Shown: one piece after another, positions 39,301 through 50,788 of the stretch | Layout: the number at the start of each line of letters is the position of its first letter | Numbering within the stretch: position 1 is the first letter of the stretch | Assembly (NCBI GenBank): GCA_013265495.1 | Contig: MU058714.1 | Coordinates: 496,001-560,000, forward strand | Direction of reading: 5' to 3' | From: Vicugna vicugna | Taxonomy: Eukaryota | DNA: 64,000 bases | The notes under the pieces: model-generated | Database searches by the model: none | Seen by the model: only the letters and a program-made list of their open reading frames with translations | Told to the model about the DNA's origin: nothing | Program-made: the position numbers and the translations under genes

Positions 39301-39412
39301 GTGTGCGAACCCAGCAGTCTACCTTTGGAGGTATGGTTTTAGCCAGTGCACTGAGCTACCCACAAAGGCAGGTAGAGATTCTGCAAATCCAATGTCTTCT
39401 CAGATACCTTTA

Positions 39413-39562
39413 GTTTTTGTTCTGTTTTTGTATTATTTAATTATTTTATTTTGGCAGGGGGGAGGTAATTAGGTTTATTTTTAGAGGGGGCACTGGGGAT
39501 CGAACCCAGGACCTTGTGCATGCTAAACATGTGCTCTGTCACTTGAGCCAAACCCTCCCCAC
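39413..39562 (-). mobile_element. tRNA-derived SINE (camelid-type) with 14-bp TSD
   Basis: GGGGGGAGGTAATTAGGTTTATT...CACTGGGGATCGAACCCAGGACC; flanked by CTCAGA(T/C)ACCTTTA at 39399-39412 and 39563-39576. Confidence 0.9.
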
Positions 39563-41280
39563 CTCAGACACCTTTACACTGAGGCCTGGGGAGCTCTTTA
39601 CAGACAAAACTGAACTGATACTCGCAAACAGCTGTGACACGGATTAGTCCCCTCTCTTGCATATTTATGAATCACGTGGCAGAGGGAACCATGTTATCTT
39701 ATCTGCAAAAAGGGGACCGGGAAAAGTCTGTGCATGTGAATGGTGGGGGCCAGTTATAAGAGGGGAGGCGGTGTGGTACAGTGGTTTTCGGGGCCTGAGG
39801 CTTCCAGTTAGTCACTCCTAGCTGCTTGGACTTGGGGAATTTACTTCTCTGTCAGGGTTCCCCCCTGTAAAATAACCTCAGTCTTGACTTTATGGGTTTG
39901 TTTAGTGGGGTAAGTGAATTCATGCATGATAATCAGAAGCTATTTACACAACAACCGTCAGGGCTGGAGGGTTAAAAATATCCCACTGACGAGAACTTTC
40001 TTCAGTCATATTCTGAGGCTCTGCTCACCGTAAACAGCCTACAAGCCAAGCACACTCGGCATAGAACGCGCCTTCCCATACCAACAACTACGGCTGTTAA
40101 TGAACTTGACATTTAATACTAAAAGGCACTCTTCGCCTTAATAATCCTTTCCCTGCAAGAGTTTCCTGGTTTTTAAACGTGTTTAATGTTTGCTAATCAA
40201 TTAAACATGAATGTTTCCAAGGAGGAATTTCTAAAACTAACACACAGATTTTTAAAAGTTCTCTAATCAATCTGTGACAGATTTGGGATGGAATTCTCTA
40301 ATCTGGGCCGTTGCACCTGCCCTTTGATAATATGCTCCACCGTATGGCCGTTGTTTGAGAACCATTTCTCTCTTCTTTCCAGATACAGGAATAGGTGCCT
40401 TCAGGTGGTAAAGAAAGATGGGTGGCACCAGTCACAGGGGCTGGACAGCCAGCCCAGCTTCTCCTATGAACTTGGGGAAGCAGCAAAACAAACTTCACCG
40501 TGTGGAAGGAGAGCATATCATGTCGTTTCCTATTTCTGAATAGAATCTGAACTAGATTGTGGCCAACATACGACACCAGCTTCCAAGTGTGGGAATAACA
40601 GGATTTCAAGATTCACTGGCTTTTGGCAATGATCCTTAGCTTACATTTAGCAATCTTAAATTGCCTATTATTTTTCTTTTTCCTTTTCCATCTGTCTTTA
40701 TTCTTTTCTTTTTCTTTCTTTTTTTTTTTTTTTAAAGAAAAACACAGGGGTAAGAGTCCGAGCCTAAAGGAAGTGAGTTTCCTGACGTGGGGCTCTTAAA
40801 CAGTCAGACCAGGACCCTACGGCTGGGAATGCTAAGAGCCCGCGCGCTGTGGGGGCTGAATACACACTTTGGGGGGCTGTGTCGGCAAACGGCGGTCCCC
40901 TACAAGTTCTCATTCTCGTGCTCTGCTCTGACGATTCAGCCAGACAAAGACCGCAAGTTCTCCGGTCCAAGGCTCCAGACAGGAGGAGACTTGAGTCTCC
41001 CCGAATAAGGCCCACTCCCGGCCCCGGGCGCCTGCACCCGCTGCGGAGGGGCGCCCCAGGGAGCTCCTCGCGTGATTGGGGTGCTTCTGCCCGCCCCGCT
41101 CCAGCTCCGACCCCGCACCTCTCCGGGCTGCGGCCAGATCCCGGGCCCTCCCGGGCCCCGCGGCTGCAGGCCCACGCGCCCGCACACCCCCAACCCCGTT
41201 CTGCCGAGGGGCGCCGCCCGGTCCCCCGCGGGCCCCTCGGACTCCGCCCCCGCGGCCTCCGGCCGGGCCCCGATACCCAC

Positions 41281-41360
41281 CCGGGTCCCGCAGCGGGGGC
41301 CGGATACGCGCCGGCTCCCGGAGCCGCTGCCGCCGCCACTGCCGCCGCCACCAGTGAGGT
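41281..41360 (-). other. TBC1D16: Probable non-coding first exon (5' UTR) of TBC1D16
   Basis: Lies in the CpG island just downstream of clustered GC boxes, carries an interrupted GGC tract, and ends at candidate donor CCCGG|GTGGGT (41280-41275). The TSS position is approximate and inferred. Confidence 0.6.
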
Positions 41361-42261
41361 GCGGTGGGGCGGGGACGCGGGGCGAGGCCCGGCCCCGGGC
41401 CCGCCCCCCGGCCCCAGGCTGCCCAACCCCGGCCCCCGGCCCAATCCCGCCCGCCCCCGCGCCCCAGCGCGGCCTCAGCTCGGCCCTCCGCCTGCCGCCT
41501 GACCCAGCCCGGCCCAAACTGCGCGCAAACCTGGCCCCTGGTCCAACCAGGCCAGCCCCGCCCCCGTGTCCCAACCCGGCTCCCGGCCAGTCCCCTGGCC
41601 CAACCCTACTGCGGCACTGCCCCAGTCACCTTCCGCCCTCGGACCCCAAGCTCCGGCCCGGACGTCCCCACTCCATTCCGGGCCTCGCTGCCCCGCGCCC
41701 CTGGAGTGAAGGCATGACCCCTCGGACGCTCCAAGTGGGCGCTGTCCCTCTCCCACCCTCTGCGCTTATATTTTTACTGTTTTGAGGTTTGAGGTTTTTA
41801 CTACTTTGTTAAAGAGAGTAACACCCACCAGGAGGCCACGGGGCATCCTTCTTCCGCCAAGGATTCTTCTCAGGAACCCCAGGAAGTGAGTGCTGAGCCC
41901 CCCAGGTCTGGAGGCAGACGGGTGGGCACTAGGCGGGGGTCTCGGCCCCACAAAGTGAAGCCGGCTCCAGAGACCCTCGCGCCCCAACTCCTCCTGCCAC
42001 CCTCGGGCACTTAGCCGTCCAGGTCCCCCGGGGCGCCGGACTTGCCGGGTTGGACGCACGTTGACACGGTGGTCGCTTTACAGAAACTGAGCCAGGCGGG
42101 GTAGAGCTCGGACTCAGAGATAGAGATGGAAAAAATGCGTATGTATGCTTTAATATATTCGCATAGTTAGGTGTTTCGTATTTCTAGTGCACATGAATGG
42201 CACAAAGGCCGCGCGCCTCGCACGCCCGGCGCGTGGTCCTCGCCCGCCGGATGTTGACGGC

Positions 42262-42274
42262 GTCGCCTAGCAAC
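42262..42274 (+). promoter_or_regulatory. RFX X-box (GTCGCCTAGCAAC) just upstream of the CCDC40 ATG
   Basis: Matches the GTNRCC(N0-3)RGYAAC X-box consensus; RFX factors are established regulators of ciliary genes. Confidence 0.8.
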
Positions 42275-42279
42275 GAGGG

Positions 42280-42308
42280 ATGGCGGAGCCTGACGGCGGG
42301 GCCCGCGG
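42280..42308 (+). CDS. CCDC40: Coiled-coil domain-containing protein 40 (axonemal ruler with CCDC39), exon 1
   Basis: GGG ATG G in strong Kozak context; MAEPDGGAR-G resembles human MAEPGGAAGR; 29 nt followed by donor GG|GTAAGC. Confidence 0.9.
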
Positions 42309-42565
42309 GTAAGCCGGCCGTGGGACCGCGGGTCTCGGGGCGGCCCCCACGCTTTCCCCTTTACATAGCCTCCTAGGCGCCCCCTTCCCCTCTTCTCTGC
42401 CCTTGTCATCCCCGCTCTCTGGGCCTTTCCTGCCCTCCCTTGGCCACCCCCCAACCCCCTGCGCGCCCTTCTCCTTTCTCACCTCCCTTTGTCCTCTCCC
42501 ATACCCTCCCTTTTTCCCCTCTCTCCGGGCGCTCCTCTCTGAAACCCGGGACTTGCTCTCCCGCG

Positions 42566-42579
42566 GTAACCATGGCAAC
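42566..42579 (+). promoter_or_regulatory. RFX X-box (GTAACCATGGCAAC) in CCDC40 intron 1
   Basis: Near-palindromic 14-bp match to the canonical X-box. Confidence 0.8.
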
Positions 42580-43147
42580 CACTATGCTCGGTAGTCCGCC
42601 CCAGAGCCCCTAGAGCTGGGTCTCTGTACGGGATGCTGCCCCTGCCAGGCGCTGTGAGAGGGAGACCAGCTCAGGCCCGTCTCCCTCCCCCTCACCAGGT
42701 TTGGTGGGTGGCAGGCAGCCCCTCCCTGAATGCCTTGAAAACACAGATACACCGCAGTCAAGTCAAGATCCTGCCACCAGGCCTCTGCTCTCTTATGCTT
42801 TGTTTTAAAGGACAGAAACTATTTTAAAGACTTCAGCCTTTTACGTTAGACACTTTTGTATCGTTTCATTTTTTTAAAGTAGGTCTACATGTACTGGAGA
42901 GAAGTCCAGATTACACTAAAAGACAAGACTAAATGCAAATCAGTACCTATATAGTGTCATCTCTAATTTGGGTGGGTGGTTGGGTTTAAATGCATAGAAA
43001 CGTATTTGAAAGAATATACCTTTAATCTCTTACTATTACCCTTGGTTATCTTGAGAAGGACAGGAGAAATAAGAGAGGATTTCCATTGTCTGTGTCACAC
43101 ATTTCTGTATTGGTTTGACTTTTTAAAAAACTAGCAAGCTTGTATTT

Positions 43148-46146
43148 TTTTAAACTTTTTTTTGAGTTATAGTCATTTTACAATGTTGTGTCAAATTCCA
43201 ATGTAGAGCACAATTTTTCAATTATACATGAACATACATACATTCATTGTCACATTTTTTTCGCTGTGAGCTACCACAAGATCCTGTGTATATTTCCCTG
43301 TGCCATACAGTATAATCTTGTTTATCTATTCTACATATGCCTGTCAGTATCTACAAATTTTAAACTCCCAGTCTATCCCTTCCCACCCCCCCTCCCCCAT
43401 GGCAAACACAAGTTTGTATTCTATGTCTATGAGTCTGTTTCTGTTTTGCATTTATTTATTTATTTTTAGATTCCACATACAAGTGATCTCATACGGTATT
43501 TTCTTTCTCTTTCTGGCTTACTTCACTTAAAATGACATTCTCCAGGGACATCCATGTTGCTGCAAATGGCGTTATGTTGTCGGCTTTTATGGCTGAATAG
43601 TATTCCATTGTATAAATATACCACCTCTTCTTTATCCAGTCATCTGTTGATGGACATTTAGGCTGTTTCCATGTCTTGGCTATTGTAAATAGTGCTGCTG
43701 TGAACCTTGGGGTGTAGGTGTCTTTTTGAAGTAGGGTTCCTTCTGGATATATGCCCAGGAGTGGGATTCCTGGGTCATATGGTAAGTCTATTCCTAGTCT
43801 TTTGAGGAATCTCCATACTGTTTTCCATAGTGGCTGCACCAAACTGCACTCCCACCAGCAGTGGAGGAGGGTTCCCTTTTCTCCACAGCCTCTCCAGCAT
43901 TTGTCATTTGTGCACTTTTGAATGATGGCCATTCTGACTGGTGTGAAGTGATACCTCATTGTAGTTTTGATTTGCATTTCTCTGATAATTAGTGATATTG
44001 AGCATTTTTTCATGTGCTTATTGATCATTTGTAAGATTTCTTATTATATGAGCTGCTTACATAGAGATCAAGCCTTTGTCGGTTTCATTTGCAAAACTTT
44101 TCTCCCATTCCGTAGGTTGTCGTTTTGTTTTACTTATGGTTTCCTTTGCTGTGCAGTGCAGANNNNNNNNNNNNNNNNNNNNNNNNNNNNNNNNNNNNNN
44201 NNNNNNNNNNNNNNNNNNNNNNNNNNNNNNNNNNNNNNNNNNNNNNNNNNNNNNNNNNNNNNNNNNNNNNNNNNNNNNNNNNNNNNNNNNNNNNNNNNNN
44301 NNNNNNNNNNNNNNNNNNNNNNNNNNNNNNNNNNNNNNNNNNNNNNNNNNNNNNNNNNNNNNNNNNNNNNNNNNNNNNNNNNNNNNNNNNNNNNNNNNNN
44401 NNNNNNNNNNNNNNNNNNNNNNNNNNNNNNNNNNNNNNNNNNNNNNNNNNNNNNNNNNNNNNNNNNNNNNNNNNNNNNNNNNNNNNNNNNNNNNNNNNNN
44501 NNNNNNNNNNNNNNNNNNNNNNNNNGCAATTCTAGGTCTTTTGTGGTTCCATATAAATTTTATTATGATTTGTTCTAGTTCTGTGAAATATGTCCTGGGT
44601 AATTTGATAGGGATTGCATTAAATCTGTAGATTGCCTTGGGCAGTGTGACCATTTTAACAATATTGATTCTTCCAATCCAGGAGCATGGGATATCTCTCC
44701 ATTTTTTAAAGTCTTCTTTAATTTCCCTGATCAATGGTGTATAGTTTTCTGTGTGTAAGTCTTTCACCTCCTTGGTTAGATTTATTCCTAGGTATTTTAT
44801 TACTTTGGGTGCTATTTTAAGGGGATTGTTTCTTTACTTTCTTTTCCTGTTGATTCATCGTTAGTGTAAAGAGATGCAACTGATTTTTGTACGTTAATCT
44901 TGTAACCTGCTACCTTGCTGAATTCTTCGATTATTTCTAGTAGTTTTTGTGTGGACCTTTTAGGGTTTTCTAAATATAGTATCATGTCATCTGCATATAG
45001 TGACACTTTTACCTCTTCTTTTCCAATGTGGATCCCTTTTATTTCTCTCTCTTGTCTGATTGCTGTGGCCAGGACTTCCAAGACTATGTTGGATAGGAGT
45101 GGTGAGAGTGGGCAGCCTTGTCTTGTCCCAGATTTTAGTGGGAAGCTTTTGAGTTTTTCAGCTTTGAGTGCTATGCTGGCTGTAAGTTTGTCATATATAG
45201 CTTTTATGATGTTGAGATATGTTCCCTCTATGTCCACTTTGATGACAGTTTTCATCATGAATGGATGTTGAATTTTATCAAATGCTTTTTCTGCATCTAT
45301 TGAGATGGTCATGTGGTTTTGTCCTTTCTCTTGTTGATGTGATGTATTACATTGATGGATTTGCATATGTTGAACCACCCTTGTATCCCTGGGATGAACG
45401 CCACTTGGTCATGATGTATAATCTTTTTTATGTGCTGTTGGATTCTGTTTGCTAATATTTTGGTGAGGATTTTTGCATCTATGTTCATCAGTGATGTTGG
45501 TCTGTAATTCTCTTTTTTGGTGGTGTCTTTGCCTGGTTTTGGTATCAGGGTGATGGTGGCTTCATAGAATGAGTTTGGGGGTGTTCCCTCCTTTTCAGTC
45601 TTCTGGAAGAGTTTGAGAAGGACTGGTATGAGTTCTTCTTTGTATGTTTGGTAGAATTCCCCGGTGAAGCCGTCTGGTCCTGGACTTTTATTTGTAGGGA
45701 GGATTTTTATTGCTAATTCGATTTCATTTCTAGTGATCAGTTTGTTCAAATGGTCAGTTTCTTCTTGGTTCAGTCTTGGTGGACTGTATGTTTCCAGAAA
45801 CTTGTCCATCTCCTCTAGGTTTTCCATTTTGGTTCCATATAGTTTTTCATAATAGTCTCATATGATATTCTGTATTTCTATGTTATTTGTTGTAATTTCT
45901 CCATTTTCCTTTCTTATTTTGCTTATTTGTGCTCTCTCTTCTTTCTTCTTTATGAGTTTGGCTAGAGGTTTGTCAATTTTATTTAATCTTTCAAAAAACC
46001 AGCTTTTGGTTTGACTGATTTTTTTCTATTGTTTTTTAATCTCTATTTTATTTATTTCCTCCCTGATCTTTATTATTTCCTTTGTTCTGCTGACTTTTGG
46101 GGGTTTTTTGCTCTTCTTTTTTTAATTGTTTTAGCTGGTGGGTGTG
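43148..46146 (-). mobile_element. 5'-truncated, frameshifted LINE-1 (ORF2 RT and C-terminal domain, 3' UTR), about 3 kb, antisense in CCDC40 intron 1
   Basis: Minus-strand ORF2 pieces contain [28 protein letters not shown] and the [18 protein letters not shown] knuckle. T-rich tail at about 43145. Flanked by the direct repeat AGCTTGTATTT (43137-43147 and 46147-46157). Contains an N gap. Confidence 0.97.
44163..44525. other. Assembly gap (363 N) inside the L1
   Basis: N run; L1 ORF2 sequence on both sides. Confidence 0.99.
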
Positions 46147-46606
46147 AGCTTGTATTTCTAATCTGAAAAAAAAAACAATTTAAGAATGTGACGTTCTTGT
46201 ACTGTCTAAATTATGGGAAAATTAACCAAGAGTTTCTAGAGTATTTTGTCCTTTTTGTGCAGTTTTCTCTTATTCTGTGTTTATTTTCCCCAGTTTTGTC
46301 ACAGACACAGTATATTTAAGGTGACTCTCCTGGTGTAATCTACTTGTGCTGTCCCTTTAATGTTTCAATCACTGTACTTTTCATTCATTCTTGGAGCGAC
46401 TCTTTTGGGGCACTCCCACCACATAACAAGCATGACCTAGTGCCGGTGTTAGTGACAAACATGACTTAAGTCATAGCCAACAGCCTAGGGGGAAAGGCAG
46501 ATAATTAACAAGTAAATAACTGGATACACAGACATCAAGGAGGTGATAAATACCAACTAAAAGAAATATGTTATTTGAAACTGTTAAATTGTTTCTCTGC
46601 CACCAG

Positions 46607-46670
46607 GTCTCACCCAGAAGGCCGATCATCTTCTGAAGGAGAAGAAGGCCAGAATGATGGAGGCATCAGG
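46607..46670 (+). CDS. CCDC40: CCDC40 exon 2 (64 nt)
   Basis: Acceptor TTTCTCTGCCACCAG|; encodes SHPEGRSSSEGEEGQNDGGIR (cf. human SHPEDGSASEGEKEG); donor AGG|GTATAG; phases 2 to 0 fit the neighbouring exons. Confidence 0.88.
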
Positions 46671-47116
46671 GTATAGTTCCTGAGGGAATGAATTACTCCA
46701 GGCTCTGTTTACTAGGGATTAAAGAGACTTCAGGCTTGCTGAGAAAATTGCACGATGATCCTGTGACCTGGATCTAAAACAGATTCAGTCCAGTTGCAGA
46801 AGAACTCAGTTTCCTTCCACTCCATTCTGAAGTGTTTGTGGCCCATCAGGAATGACTCACATCTCCTAATACTTAGACTGCCCTGGGTTTTTCAGAGCTC
46901 ACTTCCTGTAACAAAGGATGCAAAATAATTGCAAAACAAACAAAAAACAAAACAAAAAACCAGAGCAGATAAATTAAAGCAGGACACAGCCTCTTAGTGA
47001 CGCTCAGAACCGCACAGGTTCAGTCTTCTCATCAGTGTAAGTACCCTCTATTCAGAATCAAACCTCAAAGAGCCTTATTCTTTGTTTCCTTATTTTTCCC
47101 CTGCCACGTGGCACAG

Positions 47117-47554
47117 GTATCACCGGTAGGGGGGAGCAGTGACCAGAGAAATGAAGAAGCGGAGGGTACTCCGGAACACTCTGGAGGAGAAATCGAAAAA
47201 GATGGGGAAGCCACAGCCCAGGAGGAGGCTGATGACGATGAGGAAGTCGAAATCCAAGAGGAAAAGGAAACCAATGGCGAACTCGAATTTGAAGAGGAAT
47301 TAGAATCTGGTATGGAAACCCCGTCCTCTGAAGGGAAAGTCAGTTCCACAGACCTGGGTTACTCCGACATCAGCCCTGGTGAGGTTCCTGGAGATGAAGT
47401 CGGCCCCACACGCCTGCATGACAGAGCAAGGGGGAAAGCGAGTCTTGAAGGCAGAGAGGGCCCCAGCTCATCCCAATCCGGAGGACCGGGGGTCACCTCC
47501 GCAGAGCCCTCCCAGCGAACTTCGGGCTCACCCGAGCAAGTGGACCAGGAGTCG
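47117..47554 (+). CDS. CCDC40: CCDC40 exon 3 (438 nt, acidic low-complexity N-terminal region)
   Basis: Acceptor GCACAG|; encodes VSPVGGSSDQRNEEAEGTPEH...ETPSSEGKVSSTDLGYSDISPGEVPGDE...EQVDQES; donor TCG|GTGAGT; phase 0/0. Confidence 0.9.
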
Positions 47555-47784
47555 GTGAGTGGCCTGAGGTCTGTTTCACCCAGGTGTTTTACTGCTTGTG
47601 AGGCTTGCCACCCTACGTGAGGGAATCGGGGCACACTACAAATAATTCACACCGCAACCCCTGTCAGAAACGTCTCGGCAAACTTGGGTCTCAGGAGCCA
47701 CCATCAAATGCCGAGAGTTTCTGGACCCTCCCTCTGTGTCCCAAACACAAGGTGGGAAAGTGCTATCTGAGGGCATCCGGGTGT

Positions 47785-47995
47785 CCAGCACCGCCCAACA
47801 AAGCTTTGCATGATGATGGCAATGGCTCTGTCTGCACTGCCCAGTATGGTGGCCGCTAGTCACATGTGGATACAGAGCACTTGAAGCCTGGCCAGAAGGA
47901 CGAAGGAACCAAATGTTTACTTTTTTAAAGATCCTAATTAATTTGAATTTATATAACCACCTTACAGGTGGCTACCATCCTGGACAGTGCAATCC
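47785..47995. mobile_element. MER3/MER5-like hAT fossil (similar pieces at about 18170-18335 and 19200-19320)
   Basis: ATGATGGCAATG...CTGCACTGCCCAGTATGGTGGCCGCTAGTCACATGTGG...GAGCACTTGAA...GTGGCTACCATCCTGGACAGTGC. Confidence 0.65.
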
Positions 47996-49695
47996 TAGAT
48001 AGTAATGACAATGGTTACGTTCCTGTAATTTTCATTTTTTATTTTCAAACAAGCATAGACTTACAGAAAAATTGACATACCATAAGAACTGTGGGGTTTT
48101 TTTTTAAGCATTTGAGAGTAAGTTGCCAATCTGAATCTCCATTGCCTCCCAGTGCTTCCGTGTGTGTTCCCCACAAACAACAACAGTGTAACTATCAAAA
48201 TCAAGAAATTGTGCGAATTGTTCTGGAAGGGAAGTGAGCAGCAGGGCAGGGCAGGAAAAGAACGCATTACATGTCTCCTTCATGGCCCTTCCAAGGGCTG
48301 GACACTTCCATGCCCTTGAGGTGTGCTGTCTCAGTGAATCCTGACAACAACCCTGTGAGGTGGGCATCAGTATTACCCTTGCTGTACAAATGGGGAGACT
48401 GAAGGACGAGGGGCTTCCTCGCCCAGAGGCACCCAGCTGGGATGGCAGCTCTCTGAACCGTGAAGCCAGGATCCCTCCCCAGCCTGTGAAATCTAGAAGA
48501 GTTAATAACTTTGCAGAATAATACAACTCGATACTCATTGAGCCCTAATTAGCTTTACGATGACAAATGGCAAACACATGATCAAAATCACCTTTTAGAA
48601 TTTTATAACAGTACCCCACCTTCTCAAATAGCCTGGAAGGGTGAGTTATAGGTCACTTGTTGAGCTGTACACCCAATTTCCATCCTGGCCTCCAGTTTCT
48701 AGAAACTCACTAAAAAACAGTCTCCATATTTGATCAACCAGAAGGGCAGAGACAGACCCGAGGAGAGACCCCTGTTCCCCTCCTCCCGGCTGGGGCCAGG
48801 CTTCAGAGGAAACAGAACTGGGGAGCTGGGGCCCCTGTGCCATCGGCGTGTTCCAAAGCCTCGCTGACTTCCCGTCAGGAAAAGCCCTTTCTGGACACCC
48901 AGAGGTGGACTTTTGTCTCTGGGCCCCGTCAATGTCACCGTGGTTCTGGCTGCCTCAGAAATCACTTCTAGAGTCAGCATCACCTGAGGACGGTCAGCAG
49001 AAAGAGCAGGAGCCGGGGGCCAAGACGGCCCTTGGCTGGCTGTGCGAGCTCTGGCAAGGTCTTGGGGTCCTGTGAGCTGCTTCCCCACAGATGACAGAAA
49101 CGGCTGGCACCGCCTCGCAGGGTCCCCGTGCAAGGTCCTTGCCTGTTGTTACGAATATTCACCAGTTCATCATCGACAGTAATTACTGTCCACAGTGACC
49201 AGGGCGAGAGTCTCCTTTAGAGCTGAAGTGGAGCCAGGTGTTCCACTGAGAGAACAGTCTTAAGGAAATGTCTCTGAAGTGGAACAGCTGGAAAGCAGAG
49301 AAGCAGCTAGCAGCCCCCTGGTGGACCCTGGCCGGACTCAGGCTCCCCCGCATCCTTTTATAAAGAGGATGCTCGGAGGTGCTGCATACCGTCCACGGGG
49401 AGACCAGCGCTTGGGAGCGAGGAAACCCGCGCCCAGCGCAACCCGGGCCTCGGCGCTTGCGCTCCGCTGCAGACCGAGCGGGCAGGGGCGCTCCCGGACT
49501 CCTCGTGGGGGTGGGGAGAGGTGTTTTCTGCTCTGACCATTTGCAAAAGCCAGGTGATATCCAAACCATTTTCCACTATTTCAATAACTAAGTTGAATTT
49601 TGAACACTGGAATGAATCAAAATCGAGTAACTTCTCCATCCCAGTTGCCCTCGTTAATTCAGGCTTGGTTGTTTTTCCTCTAAAAACAATCTCAG

Positions 49696-49819
49696 GAAGC
49701 GCCCCTCTTTCCTCTGGGGCAGGAGCACCACCGGGAACACAGCCAGGGGAGCCGCTACGTGTCCGTGGACTTGGACCAGCCATCTCCGGGCGTGGAGGGC
49801 CCCTCCTCACAGGAGCCAG
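49696..49819 (+). CDS. CCDC40: CCDC40 exon 4 (124 nt)
   Basis: Acceptor TTTTTCCTCTAAAAACAATCTCAG|; encodes EAPLFPLGQEHHREHSQGSRYVSVDLDQPSPGVEGPSSQEP; donor CAG|GTACCA. Its 3n+1 length bridges phase-0 exon 3 to phase-1 exon 5, and it ends in SQEP like the human exon. Confidence 0.85.
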
Positions 49820-50788
49820 GTACCACAGGATAAGCCACCTCGCACCCCCTTCTGTGCGAGGGCTGCCCCTCATTTGCCACCTGCTACCTCATGCCCGTTG
49901 GGCTGCGAGCCTAAAGATGAAAGAATTTCTCACAGATACGGAGAACACACATGGAGCGTTTGCTCTCTCCTCTCACTTAATCCTTACACTGCCCGCTGAG
50001 CAGGGAACCGTTCTTCATTTTACAGACCCTAAGAGTCATTAAGCAACCTGTCCCCGTCAGTGGCAGGACCAGGCCTGGCCCGAGATCTGGTGACACCCCA
50101 GCCCACATCGCTGGCCACACATCCCACTGCCTTCTGGTCTCAGAGGGGAGCTCCCCGCAGACGTGCGTCTGTCTGCTGAGTTCCCAAGGCTCTCCCGCAC
50201 ACCCCTGTCTTTCCCCTTGGCTCCGGTAGCCCAGTGTTGTGTACTTGGGAAAATGGATCAGGGTATTTCTTATGCCACACGATGAGGGTGCACGGGTGGT
50301 CCAGCTAACAAAGCCTCACGTCACTCACAAGCGACACACAGACACACACCCAAACGAGTTAAAAACGGAACAGGATGTCTCCGGCTCGGGCGGCGAGGAA
50401 AGCTGAAACTAGAACCTCACTGAGACATCACTGCTTCTCAATCTTACCAGCTGTTTCCCATAAAAAAAGATCAATCTAGTCCTTTATTAAGAAGCCACCT
50501 TCTACTCACTCTTTATATACAGATACATTTAAAAAGTACCTACAAAATGTATTTCCTTTTAGTCTACTTTTAAAATGTGATCCTTTCTATGGAACACGTT
50601 CAGTCAACTAGTAGGAACCCTAACCCTAACCCTCCCACCCAGCTGACCCTGTGAATGGCACATCTGAACACTAACCCAGTGGGCGCTTTTTCTCTGTTTC
50701 CCACGATGTTGCCTGAGGCTAAATGTGTCCACTTTGCCTGATGACACCCCCAGAGAAGCACGCTCTCTACGCCTCTCTTACGCCTCAG

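Larger units (their letters stand above)
41000..42600. promoter_or_regulatory. CpG-island bidirectional promoter shared by TBC1D16 and CCDC40
   Basis: Very high CpG/GC density at about 41000-41700 and 42200-42360, multiple GGGCGG/CCGCCC Sp/KLF boxes, and an ETS-type AGGAAGTG at 41881. The divergent 5' ends are about 0.9 kb apart. Confidence 0.88.

Noticed and set aside
40764..41785. Overlapping 200+ aa ORFs on both strands at the promoter
   Set aside because: Stop-codon depletion in a CpG island; low-complexity translations.
42572..42596. Alternative coding first exon of CCDC40 (ACC-ATG-GCAACCACTATGCTCG|GTAG)
   Set aside because: The ATG is part of the X-box palindrome, the donor is weak, and its phase (1) does not fit exon 2 (phase 2).
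43489..45827. Active or domesticated reverse transcriptase gene
   Set aside because: ORF2 is broken into four frames, lacks the endonuclease domain, ORF1 and promoter, and appears to have an internal deletion near 44030.
49521..50042. 173-aa ORF as CCDC40 exon 4
   Set aside because: It overlaps the true exon but in a different frame; only the 49696-49819 frame fits the splice phases.
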